In this document: piece after piece, positions 52,383-61,285 of the stretch
Layout of the letters: each line of letters opens with the position of its first letter
Position numbering within the stretch: position 1 is the stretch's first letter
Assembly (NCBI GenBank): GCA_963926325.1
Contig: CAWUXF010000013.1
Coordinates: 28,177-92,176 of the forward strand
Direction of reading: 5' to 3'
Source of the DNA: an uncultured Luminiphilus sp.
GTDB taxonomy: Bacteria > Pseudomonadota > Gammaproteobacteria > Pseudomonadales > Halieaceae
Length of the DNA stretch: 64,000 bases
Notes under the pieces: model-generated
What the model was told of the DNA's origin: nothing
The model's database searches: none
Seen by the model: the letters and a program-made list of their open reading frames with translations, nothing else
Program-made: the position numbers and the translations under genes

Positions 52383-52844
52383 GATGGCTCCTACTGTGGC
52401 GGAGGATTATGCCAGTCCAGACCGCCAGTGTGCGGTCGTTCAAAAAAATTACTGAAAAATATTTCTCTGAAATAGATGGGCTAAGTTTCAAACCTGATGC
52501 TATGACCAAAAGAAACACTCAGATCCATTGGCATTTGTGGTCAATATGGACAGGCGCTTTAGCCAGTGGGCACTCGCGCTAGGCCAATCGCCGACACAAC
52601 CCAGCCCTGTAACTATAACGCATTAAGGGCAACCTCCCTTGATTTACTGGCGGGTACAGTCTCGACAGTGGCTGATGCCACTTATTTTAAAATACGTATA
52701 CACGCTCGTCCGCCAAAAGCTGTAACGAGATCCAACATCTAATTAATAGTATTCTGGCTAGATTTCGCCTTGCAGTTTGAATTTTGTAAGCTGGCTGGCG
52801 ACTGACGCCCTACGCTGGTCACAAACTAACGATAAGGAAATGAC

Positions 52845-53723
52845 ATGCTGCCTGACGCTATGCCCTACGAAAAGAAATTTACTACTGTCGACGGTCGCAA
52901 AATTGCCTTCGTTGATGAAGGCAGCGGAGACCCCATCGTTCTTTTACACGGGAACCCTACCTCTTCTTTCCTGTGGCGCAATGTCGCGCCGGAATTACTC
53001 AATTCTGGGCGTGTCATCATCCCTGACCTGATCGGTCATGGTGATTCAGAGAAACTGCCCGCGTCACTGGGAGCAGAGCGCTATACCTTAGAAGTCGCCT
53101 ACCACTATATGAGTGGACTGTTACAGACTCTTGACGTGCGTAGCAAAGTCACCTTGGTCATTCACGACTGGGGAAGCGCACTGGGATTTATGTGGGCCAT
53201 GCGTAATTGTGAGGCAGTCAAGGGCGTCGCTTACATGGAGGGGATTGTCTGCCCAATTGCCTGGGAAGACTGGCCCGAGCAAGCTCGGGGTGTTTTCCAG
53301 GGTTTTCGGTCTGCAAAAGGCGAGGACCTTATCCTAAATCGCAATATGTTTATTGAGGCGGTGTTACCCAGCTCGATCATCCGACAGCTAACACAGACGG
53401 AGATGGCGGCCTATCGTGCGCCCTTCGCTTCGCCCGCGGATCGCCAGCCCACACTCAATTGGCCTCGCCAGATACCCATCGACGGTGAGCCCGCTGATAT
53501 CGTGGCGCTCGTGAGCGAATACGGTGCGTTTATGGCCAGCTCAGATTTACCCAAATTATTTATCAACGCAGACCCCGGCTCAATTTTAGTGGGTAAGCAG
53601 CGAGATTTTTGCCGAAGCTGGCCTAACCAGCAGGAATGCACGGTGACAGGCACCCATTTTATTCAAGAAGATTCACCCGTTGAAATTGGTCAGGCGGTCG
53701 CCGCCTGGCTCCAGACCATCTAA
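52845..53723 (+). CDS. Haloalkane dehalogenase (HLD-II, DhaA/LinB-like)
   Basis: 292 aa that aligns with DhaA throughout. Matches include LHGNPTSSFLWRN (halide-binding Asn), VIHDWGSALGF (nucleophile Asp and Trp), YMEGIV (Glu) and GTHFIQEDSP (His). Confidence 0.9.
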   Translation: MLPDAMPYEKKFTTVDGRKIAFVDEGSGDPIVLLHGNPTSSFLWRNVAPELLNSGRVIIPDLIGHGDSEKLPASLGAERYTLEVAYHYMSGLLQTLDVRSKVTLVIHDWGSALGFMWAMRNCEAVKGVAYMEGIVCPIAWEDWPEQARGVFQGFRSAKGEDLILNRNMFIEAVLPSSIIRQLTQTEMAAYRAPFASPADRQPTLNWPRQIPIDGEPADIVALVSEYGAFMASSDLPKLFINADPGSILVGKQRDFCRSWPNQQECTVTGTHFIQEDSPVEIGQAVAAWLQTI

Positions 53724-53750
53724 ACCCACTATTTAAGAGAGAAACTAAAC

Positions 53751-54062
53751 ATGTCAGACATCCCTGTTTATATGATCGCCAATTTGCAGATAAACGATGT
53801 GGAAACCTACCGACACTACGAAAAAGGCTTTTTCCCATTACTGAAAAAGCATGGCGGTACGTTTCTAACCTATGATGACAATACGGTCACCTTTGAAGGC
53901 GCCCACCCCAGAGAAGGCCGAATTGTCATGTTCCAGTTCCCCTCAGAAGTCGCGGCAAAAGCCTGGTTTGCCGACCCTGAATACCAAACTATTTCAGAGC
54001 ACCGTCGTGCCGGTACAGACATGCAATTTCTGACGATGATTCATGGACTTGCACCACGGTAG
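53751..54062 (+). CDS. DUF1330 domain protein
   Basis: 103 aa (...PVYMIANLQINDVETYRHYEKGF...RIVMFQFPSEVAAKAWFADPEYQ...), typical of DUF1330 dimeric alpha/beta-barrel proteins. Confidence 0.8.
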   Translation: MSDIPVYMIANLQINDVETYRHYEKGFFPLLKKHGGTFLTYDDNTVTFEGAHPREGRIVMFQFPSEVAAKAWFADPEYQTISEHRRAGTDMQFLTMIHGLAPR

Positions 54063-54122
54063 ATAACAAACAGCGATACTGGCTAGCAGCGTGAATGCCG
54101 ACAACGGGAGCTTTTAAACCCT

Positions 54123-54611
54123 ATGACGATCAGATTTAGCGAACAACAGAAGTTCATCCAAGGTTGGATACGGTTCATTCTGATTGGTGTGTTCTTGTTT
54201 TCCTTTTACGGCATCTACCAGCAAATCATTGTTGGTGTCCCGTTTGGCCAGCAGCCGATGTCAAATACCGGACTAACACTTTTTTCGCTATTGATGCTCG
54301 GCGTCACCGCGCTATTTTCTATTCTACAACTCAACACTGAAATAGATGACCATGAGATTCGTATCGTATTTGTGCCTTTGATCAAAAGGCGCATTCCTTG
54401 GGACGAGATCAAACGGATAGAGGTTGTCGATTATGGATTCGTTGGCGGCTGGGGTATTAGACCTTGGACACGTTATGGCACGGTTTATAACACCCGCGGA
54501 CGCAACGGCGTAGCGATCGAACTTAACAATGGGAAAAAGTGCCTCATTGGCACCCAGAAAGTTAGTGAACTGACCGCAGCAATCGCAGACCGGGCAGAAA
54601 CTGCGTTATAG
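54123..54611 (+). CDS. Hypothetical membrane protein
   Basis: 162 aa with two N-terminal TM helices and a small soluble C-terminal domain. No family recognised. The call rests on ORF length and position only. Confidence 0.5.
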   Translation: MTIRFSEQQKFIQGWIRFILIGVFLFSFYGIYQQIIVGVPFGQQPMSNTGLTLFSLLMLGVTALFSILQLNTEIDDHEIRIVFVPLIKRRIPWDEIKRIEVVDYGFVGGWGIRPWTRYGTVYNTRGRNGVAIELNNGKKCLIGTQKVSELTAAIADRAETAL

Positions 54612-54699
54612 GCACGACATAGCCCAGCGACAAAGCTTGCTCAAGCAGGACACTAGCTTCCGGCCCCTCGCGTTGCGCTGTAGCTGGCATTCGATGCCA

Positions 54700-55047
54700 T
54701 TAAATGATGTCGAGGAGTTTTTCGTTCGGCCTACCCAATGCCGCATGCTGGCCATTAATACCAATCGGCCGCTGAATCAGTCGCGGATCTGCTGCCATCG
54801 CCGCCAACACTTGATCATCGGAGGCGCTGTCAGCGAGGCCTAATTTTTCGGCATCTTTGCTACGCAAAAACACCCTAGGACTGACATTACCCATTTTCTT
54901 CGCAATATCGCGTAATTCATCTTCACTAAGCATGTCGGTCTTGTTCATATACTTGCGAATCTCGGGCTCAATACCGTTTTCTTGTAACAGCGCGAGACCC
55001 TTCTTTGATGAACCGCAACCTGTGTGGTGGATGAGTAGGTAGGGCAT
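54700..55047 (-). CDS. ArsC/Spx/MgsR-family (glutaredoxin-fold) protein
   Basis: 115 aa with the N-terminal HHTGCGSSKK redox-type motif and the C-terminal ...LIQRPI... typical of the ArsC family. Confidence 0.8.
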   Translation of the reverse strand: MPYLLIHHTGCGSSKKGLALLQENGIEPEIRKYMNKTDMLSEDELRDIAKKMGNVSPRVFLRSKDAEKLGLADSASDDQVLAAMAADPRLIQRPIGINGQHAALGRPNEKLLDII

Positions 55048-55206
55048 GATCAGACTCTTTAATGGCAGGTGAACCGTGATTATTGATCATGAAACGCATC
55101 AGAGGAAGGATTGCGCAGAAAAACCTTTGTATTGATTTACAAAAGCGCGTCATATTCTGCGATAACCGACAGTAGAATGGATATCTTTATCAACAAGGCA
55201 ATCGAG

Positions 55207-56196
55207 ATGAGCACAGCAGGCGCACCGACTTATAGCGATATCAAAGCGGCGGCCAAACGTATCGCCCGTCATGCCCGGCACACACCCCTGCTGCGCAACA
55301 GCTTTCTCGATGAGCATTCACATAGAAAGGTTCTGCTCAAACCAGAAATGTTGCAGGTTAGCGGCAGCTTCAAATTCCGAGGTGCCTACAATCGTATCGC
55401 ACAGCTCAGCGGTGATGAGCGCGATGCGGGGGTTATCGCTTGGTCATCGGGCAACCATGCCCAGGGCGTTGCCGCCGCCGCTCGACTTGAAGGGGTGCGC
55501 GCACGGATAGTTATGCCCAAAGATGCGCCCGCTATAAAGCTTGAGAATACCCGTGCGTTGGGTGCCGAAGTGATTACCTTTGATCGCTACGAAGAAGATC
55601 GTGAGGCCATCTGTTACGCGCTAGCTGCGCGCGACGGCGGTGTCATTATTCCTTCCTACGATGATCGCCATATCATCGCCGGCCAAGGCACCGCAGGTCT
55701 GGAGATCTTCCAAGACGCACAGATCATGGATGAAAAGCTCGACGCACTGTTGATTTGCTGTGGCGGCGGCGGGCTTACTGCCGGCTGTGCTTTAGCCGGC
55801 GAAGCATTAAGCCCTGATACTGCAATTTATTGTGTCGAGCCTGAGCATTACGATGACCATGCAAGATCGTTGCACACAGGGCATCGAGCGCTAGCGGACA
55901 CATCGAGACCCTCGATCTGTGACGCACTTTTATCTCCCACGCCAGGGGAAATGACATTCACTATTAACCAGCGCTTATTAGCTGGCGGGCTAGTGGTGAC
56001 TGAAAGCGAGGTAAAGACCGCAATGCGCTACGCCTTTCGCGTATTGAAATTAGTTGTTGAACCTGGTGGTGCAGTTGCGCTAGCGGCGCTGCTCGCCGGC
56101 AAGGTGGATCCGCAGCACCAAACTGTCGCGTTGATGCTCAGTGGAGGCAATGTAGATCCAACATTTTTTGCCAACACGCTAAACGAAGCTGATTAG
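55207..56196 (+). CDS. PLP-dependent threonine/serine dehydratase (serine racemase / hydroxyaspartate ammonia-lyase-like)
   Basis: PLP-lysine motif [11 protein letters not shown] and glycine loop [10 protein letters not shown] prefer the ATG at 55207. The maximal ORF begins at the TTG at 55111. Confidence 0.85.
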   Translation: MSTAGAPTYSDIKAAAKRIARHARHTPLLRNSFLDEHSHRKVLLKPEMLQVSGSFKFRGAYNRIAQLSGDERDAGVIAWSSGNHAQGVAAAARLEGVRARIVMPKDAPAIKLENTRALGAEVITFDRYEEDREAICYALAARDGGVIIPSYDDRHIIAGQGTAGLEIFQDAQIMDEKLDALLICCGGGGLTAGCALAGEALSPDTAIYCVEPEHYDDHARSLHTGHRALADTSRPSICDALLSPTPGEMTFTINQRLLAGGLVVTESEVKTAMRYAFRVLKLVVEPGGAVALAALLAGKVDPQHQTVALMLSGGNVDPTFFANTLNEAD

Positions 56197-56816
56197 ATCC
56201 GTGGCTCAATAAACTGGCCTTCAAGCTGGGCGAGTAACTGCTCACCGACTTTCGACAAATCTACCGTTTGACCTGCCAGCAGCGTCGCCATAGAGACGAC
56301 TTCGAGCCCGGCATAACCACAGGGATTAATGCGCTGAAACGGCGACAAATCCATATCTACATTCAGCGCCAACCCGTGATAGCTGCAACCACGGCTTATT
56401 TTTAGCCCTAGGGACGCTATTTTTCGGCCATCGACATAAACCCCCGGCGCTTTGGGATCTGGGGCGGCGGCAATACCGTATCGGCCAAGCACATCGACAA
56501 TCGCCGCTTCGATCAAGGTGACTAGCTGGCGCACGCCAATACCTGCGCGACGAATATCGACCAGTAAATAGACAACCCATTGACCCGGGCCGTGATAGGT
56601 CACTTGTCCACCGCGATCAATCTGCACCACAGGGACATCACCTGGCGCTAATAGATGCTCCGCTTTACCTGAAATACCCTGCGTAAAAACGGGTGGGTGC
56701 TGCAACAACCAAAGTTCATCTTCGGTATCTCCATCACGCTCACGCGTGAAGCGCTGCATAGCCGCAAACGTGTCAGCATAATCGGCCAATCCCAAATAAC
56801 GCAGCTGCATCGGCAT
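56193..56816 (-). CDS. lipB: Octanoyltransferase LipB
   Basis: 207 aa (...[12 protein letters not shown]..., ...[21 protein letters not shown]...). ybeD-lipB synteny. Confidence 0.95.
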   Translation of the reverse strand: MPMQLRYLGLADYADTFAAMQRFTRERDGDTEDELWLLQHPPVFTQGISGKAEHLLAPGDVPVVQIDRGGQVTYHGPGQWVVYLLVDIRRAGIGVRQLVTLIEAAIVDVLGRYGIAAAPDPKAPGVYVDGRKIASLGLKISRGCSYHGLALNVDMDLSPFQRINPCGYAGLEVVSMATLLAGQTVDLSKVGEQLLAQLEGQFIEPRI

Positions 56817-57086
56817 TTATATCACCATCGATACCAGCCCAGTTTCCATCAAGTCACTGTGGAGTGCGGAGAGCTGGTCTGGACCGGTAGCTTCGATAGT
56901 TATCGTGAGTGAGGTAAAGAGGCCACCACTGCTCGACTTTGCGGTGATAGTTGTCTGATCAAAACCCGGCGCATGACATTCAAATACACCCATAATAGTA
57001 GGATGGAATTGCTCGTTAGTTCTGCCCAGGACTTTAATCGGGTAGCTACAAGGGAATTCAATTTTTGGCGCTTCAAGTTCGTTCAT
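56817..57086 (-). CDS. ybeD: YbeD (DUF493) family protein
   Basis: 89 aa (FPCSYPIKVLG...). Conserved position between dacA and lipB. Confidence 0.9.
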   Translation of the reverse strand: MNELEAPKIEFPCSYPIKVLGRTNEQFHPTIMGVFECHAPGFDQTTITAKSSSGGLFTSLTITIEATGPDQLSALHSDLMETGLVSMVI

Positions 57087-57089
57087 ATT

Positions 57090-58247
57090 TCACCCTAGCA
57101 GCTGTGCTAGCCACAATAGAAAAGCATCCCAAAGGCGCGCAAAGAAGCCGGCCTCAGGCACGTCTGTCAGCGCCAACAGCGATGTCTCCCTAACGACCTC
57201 GCCGTCGATAATAACCTTGAGCGTACCAATAATATCACCGCGCGCAATGGGTGCGATCAACGGCTCATTGATATGGGTGACTACTTGTGGCGATGATGAG
57301 CCGCGCGGCGCCGTTATAATAAGTGACGTTAAAACACCGCCGTCGATTTTATCAGTCACACCCTGCCATACCCTGACTTGATCTAACGCGACCTCCGCAC
57401 TAACCGGCTCCAAGGTTTCAAAAAAACGAAAACCATAGCTCAGCAACGCCTTGGTTTCACTCTTGCGCGTGCCGGCACTCTCACTACCTAATACAATCGA
57501 AATGAGTCGCATACCATCGCGCTTTGCTGATGCCACCATGCCGTAGCCCGCAACTGAGGTATATCCGGTTTTTAAACCGTCCACAGTTGGATCGTCCCGC
57601 AGCAACAGGTTGCGGTTATATTGCGTGATATCGTTATAGGTATAGGATTTTTGCTTATACACCGCGTAACGATCAGGGTGATTGCGAATAGTGGCTATAG
57701 CAAGCGTCGCCAAATCTCGTGCTGACGTGGTGTGCGCAGGATCTGGCAAACCATGTGAATTGACATAATGAGTCGAGGTGAGACCGAGTGCCTGCGCGTA
57801 GCTATTCATCATACCGGTGAAGGCTGACTCATTCCCTGCGATATGTTCAGCAATCGCCACGGTCGCGTCGTTACCAGAGGAAATGACGATTCCTTTCTCA
57901 AGCTCCCCGACCGTCACCGCTTTACCGGGTTCAATCCACATCAGAGAGGAACCGCGAAACGTGGGGTTTTGTGACCAAGCATTACGGCTAATCAGTACCT
58001 GATCATCTAAGCTCAATCGCCCTGCATCAATTTCCTCCGCTAAAACATAAGCGGTCATAAGCTTCGTTAGACTGGCTGGCGGTAACGGCTGATCGGCGAG
58101 ATGCTCGACCAATACTTCACCGGAATCAAAATCGACTAACAAATAGGCATCGGCACCGATCGTCGGCGGCACGGGTACAATAGTCGTCGCGAACACCGGC
58201 GAACTTAACAGCGTACCCAATACTAATAGCGAGACCATCTTTCGCAT
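57090..58247 (-). CDS. dacA: D-alanyl-D-alanine carboxypeptidase (PBP5/6 class)
   Basis: 385 aa with a signal peptide and the SxxK (PASLTK), SGN (SSGND) and KTG (LKTGYT) motifs. Confidence 0.93.
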   Translation of the reverse strand: MRKMVSLLVLGTLLSSPVFATTIVPVPPTIGADAYLLVDFDSGEVLVEHLADQPLPPASLTKLMTAYVLAEEIDAGRLSLDDQVLISRNAWSQNPTFRGSSLMWIEPGKAVTVGELEKGIVISSGNDATVAIAEHIAGNESAFTGMMNSYAQALGLTSTHYVNSHGLPDPAHTTSARDLATLAIATIRNHPDRYAVYKQKSYTYNDITQYNRNLLLRDDPTVDGLKTGYTSVAGYGMVASAKRDGMRLISIVLGSESAGTRKSETKALLSYGFRFFETLEPVSAEVALDQVRVWQGVTDKIDGGVLTSLIITAPRGSSSPQVVTHINEPLIAPIARGDIIGTLKVIIDGEVVRETSLLALTDVPEAGFFARLWDAFLLWLAQLLG

Positions 58248-58312
58248 TACTTACCTCATTAATAAAAAACATGATGTGATCGGCTGTATTAATAGGCCGG
58301 CAAAAACTGAGC

Positions 58313-59083
58313 TCAAGGTAGCGGCTGACCGGGTGAAAAGCCTGCCGACTGCAATGTCTTTTGGGCGCTTCGTAAGTCCTTCTCGCTCATGAAAGGACCC
58401 GCACGTAATCGGTAGAGACGACCACCAGGGGTGTCTACCGGGCTAACATAAACTGCAATAGAAATAACCGCAGACACTTGCGCCGCTAAACGCTGCGCCG
58501 CATCTGGCTCAGAAAATGCACCCAGTTGCAGATTACGATACGTGCTGCCATCGCTATTTCTACGATCATCAACGCCTGCCAAGTCAATGATCTCGACCCG
58601 TACTCGCGCAGTACCCTGATCCGCGTAACCGAGTTTGACTGCTGCACCGTAAGATAAATCGATAATACGTTTTGAATGGAATGGACCGCGATCATTCACC
58701 CGCACAATAATAGAGCGGCCATTATCGAGATGAGTGACGCGAACATAGCTAGGTAACGGTAATGTCTTGTGGGCAGCGGTCGCGGCGTAGACATCAAAGA
58801 TTTCACCATTTGACGTTTGTCGACCATCGAATTTGGTGCCGTACCATGATGCCAAGCCCTCCTCTTTGTAGCCCGCAGCGGACGCCAAAATTCGATAAGT
58901 GACACCGTTGACGGTATAAGGACTTTTATTTCCTTGCGCCAAAATAGGGTCTGGACGAGGCACAGCATCGATCACTTGGCTCGCATCTATGGGTGGCGGT
59001 GTACCATCTCTCGTCACACGCGGCATTGTCCCTGAGCAGGCGACAATCAGCAGCATAACTACCAGCGTGATACCGCGTAACAT
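58313..59083 (-). CDS. rlpA: Septal ring lytic transglycosylase RlpA (DPBB + SPOR domains)
   Basis: The ATG at 59083 overlaps the mltB stop (TGATG). Contains the lipobox LLIVAC|S, a DPBB core (ASWYG...TASGE...) and a C-terminal SPOR domain. Confidence 0.9.
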   Translation of the reverse strand: MLRGITLVVMLLIVACSGTMPRVTRDGTPPPIDASQVIDAVPRPDPILAQGNKSPYTVNGVTYRILASAAGYKEEGLASWYGTKFDGRQTSNGEIFDVYAATAAHKTLPLPSYVRVTHLDNGRSIIVRVNDRGPFHSKRIIDLSYGAAVKLGYADQGTARVRVEIIDLAGVDDRRNSDGSTYRNLQLGAFSEPDAAQRLAAQVSAVISIAVYVSPVDTPGGRLYRLRAGPFMSEKDLRSAQKTLQSAGFSPGQPLP

Positions 59084-60108
59084 CAATTAATAGCTTCCAA
59101 TTTCAACGCGTCCTTTATACCTAAACTCAACTGCCAAACCGCCATTGCATACATTGCGCTGTGATTGTATCGGGTAATGACATAAAAGTTATCCAGCCCC
59201 AACCAATATTCAGGGGCGTTCTCTCCAGCCAGCATCAGTGCGGTAGCGAGCGCGGTATCAGGCACTTCTTGAGTTGGCCTAAGACCCAAATCTTTTAGCT
59301 CACCGACTGTGAACACAGGCTTTAACCCCGCCTTAAATATTTTGACATCGGGCGCATCGGCGACTGCAGAAATAACAACCGGTCCATCTGTCTGCCAGCC
59401 ATGAGACACAAAGTAATTGGCGACGCTGTATATCGCATCTTCGGGGTTATCCCAAATATCGACGATACCATCGGCGTCATAATCTACAGCGTAAGCACGG
59501 TAGCTTGAAGGCATAAATTGGCCGTAACCCATAGCGCCCGCATAAGACCCTTTAAGTAACAGCGGATCCTTGCCAGACTCCCATGCCAACACTAAAAAAT
59601 GTTCAAGTTCACGCGTGAAGAAAGGCGAGCGTGGCGGATAATCAAAAGCGAGTGTTGCGAGTGCGTCGACCACGCGATAACTACCCGCAATGCGGCCGTA
59701 AAAAGTTTCAACACCAATAATAGAAACAATAACAGAGGCCGGCACACCCGTCTTTTCACTGACGTCCGCTAGAGTCTGCTCATGCGCTTTAGCAAATCCA
59801 ACGCCCGCGTCTATTCGTTTTTGCGTCAGAAAAATTTGTCGATATTCATGCCAAGGTTTAGTTTTCTCCGCAGGCCTTGCGATGGCATCGAGTATCGATT
59901 GCTTGCGCTCTGCATGAGCAATCACCCGCTCTGCCCACTGTCGATCTACGCCCTGCTCAACCGCAGCATCAATCACCGCAGTAACCGCCGGATTTTCGGC
60001 GGAGTTTTTGACATAGTCACCGGCCCACACATTAATAGGAATCAAAACCGTGATGGCGCTCACTGCAAGAACTAAGTGGCGGAAAAACCTATTCAGTACC
60101 ATGATCAT
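59083..60108 (-). CDS. mltB: Lytic murein transglycosylase B
   Basis: 341 aa (...IIGVETFYGR..., ...GSYAGAMGYGQFMPSSY...). Confidence 0.9.
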   Translation of the reverse strand: MIMVLNRFFRHLVLAVSAITVLIPINVWAGDYVKNSAENPAVTAVIDAAVEQGVDRQWAERVIAHAERKQSILDAIARPAEKTKPWHEYRQIFLTQKRIDAGVGFAKAHEQTLADVSEKTGVPASVIVSIIGVETFYGRIAGSYRVVDALATLAFDYPPRSPFFTRELEHFLVLAWESGKDPLLLKGSYAGAMGYGQFMPSSYRAYAVDYDADGIVDIWDNPEDAIYSVANYFVSHGWQTDGPVVISAVADAPDVKIFKAGLKPVFTVGELKDLGLRPTQEVPDTALATALMLAGENAPEYWLGLDNFYVITRYNHSAMYAMAVWQLSLGIKDALKLEAIN

Positions 60109-60145
60109 TCGAACTCCTTACCCAAAAAAGGTTCCTCGTTAAACG

Positions 60146-61285
60146 CTATTGATCAATTACGCGTTTTTCTGTGCTTATGGCCATTAATACACCCAAGCTC
60201 AGCAACAATGTCACCATCGACGTACCGCCAAAACTGACCAGTGGTAGCGGCACACCAACAACGGGCAATATGCCCGCTACCATACCCATATTCACGAACA
60301 CATAGACAAATAACGTCAGCGTAATCGCACCGGCGAGTAAACGGCCAAATCCGGTCTGGGCTTTTAAGCCCACCCAAAAACCCCGTAGGATGATTAGCAA
60401 GTAAATCAACAAGAGCACAAGCACACCACGCAGACCGAACTCCTCAGCTAACACGGCGATAATAAAATCAGTTTGGCTCTCGGGTAAAAAATCCAGGTGA
60501 GATTGGGTGCCCTGCATCCAACCTTTACCTTCCCAGCCACCCGAACCAATCGCGGTCTTAGACTGAATAATATTCCATCCAGCGCCAAGCTTGTCGGATT
60601 CAGGATCAAGCAGTGTCAGCACGCGCTGTTTTTGATAATCCTTAAGCAAAAACAGCCAAGCTGGCCATGCGGATAATGCGAATAAAGCAGCGGCGCTCGC
60701 GAGGTACCACCAACTGAGTCCCGCCATGAAAATCACAAAAAAACCGCTCGCCGCTACTAGCAGTGAAGTTCCCAGATCGGGCTGACTGGCAATGAGAGCA
60801 GCGGGGATTATCACCAAACCCAATGCCCCAAAAAGTGCCGCCGGTTTTGGCGGTATCGTATACCGGGTAAACCATGCAGCGACCATCAGCGGCATGGCCA
60901 GTTTCATGATTTCTGACGGCTGAAAGCGCATCACGCCCAAACTTAACCAACGCTGCGCCCCCTTTGCACCGACACCGAAAAAAGGCACCAAAACCAAAAG
61001 AAAGATACTTGCAAAAAATAGTGCGGGCGCCCAGCGCCGGTAGGTATCCAAGCGGATTTGAGCGGCAAATAACATCGCTAATAAACCCACCGCCTGATTT
61101 CTTATCTGTCGAATCACTGTGCCCGAATCGCCGTCTGAGCCGCTGTATAAAACGACTAGGCCACCGATCATCAATATGAGGACGGGGGTCAGCAGAAGTA
61201 AATCTAAATGTAAAAACTGGCTAATCGTTTTTCGCCGTGAAAATGCCCGCTGAGAACCGGGCAAGTATCGATCATAATCCGCCAT
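60146..61285 (-). CDS. rodA: SEDS-family peptidoglycan glycosyltransferase RodA
   Basis: Polytopic SEDS protein. The ATG at 61285 has GGAGAC upstream and overlaps the mrdA end by 14 nt. The maximal ORF extends to 61309. Confidence 0.95.
   Translation of the reverse strand: MADYDRYLPGSQRAFSRRKTISQFLHLDLLLLTPVLILMIGGLVVLYSGSDGDSGTVIRQIRNQAVGLLAMLFAAQIRLDTYRRWAPALFFASIFLLVLVPFFGVGAKGAQRWLSLGVMRFQPSEIMKLAMPLMVAAWFTRYTIPPKPAALFGALGLVIIPAALIASQPDLGTSLLVAASGFFVIFMAGLSWWYLASAAALFALSAWPAWLFLLKDYQKQRVLTLLDPESDKLGAGWNIIQSKTAIGSGGWEGKGWMQGTQSHLDFLPESQTDFIIAVLAEEFGLRGVLVLLLIYLLIILRGFWVGLKAQTGFGRLLAGAITLTLFVYVFVNMGMVAGILPVVGVPLPLVSFGGTSMVTLLLSLGVLMAISTEKRVIDQ

Noticed and set aside
52777-53031. An 84-aa ORF overlapping the start of the haloalkane dehalogenase gene.
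   Set aside because: It is out of frame with the strongly supported dehalogenase ORF, which has AAGGAAA upstream of its ATG at 52845. It has no independent support.
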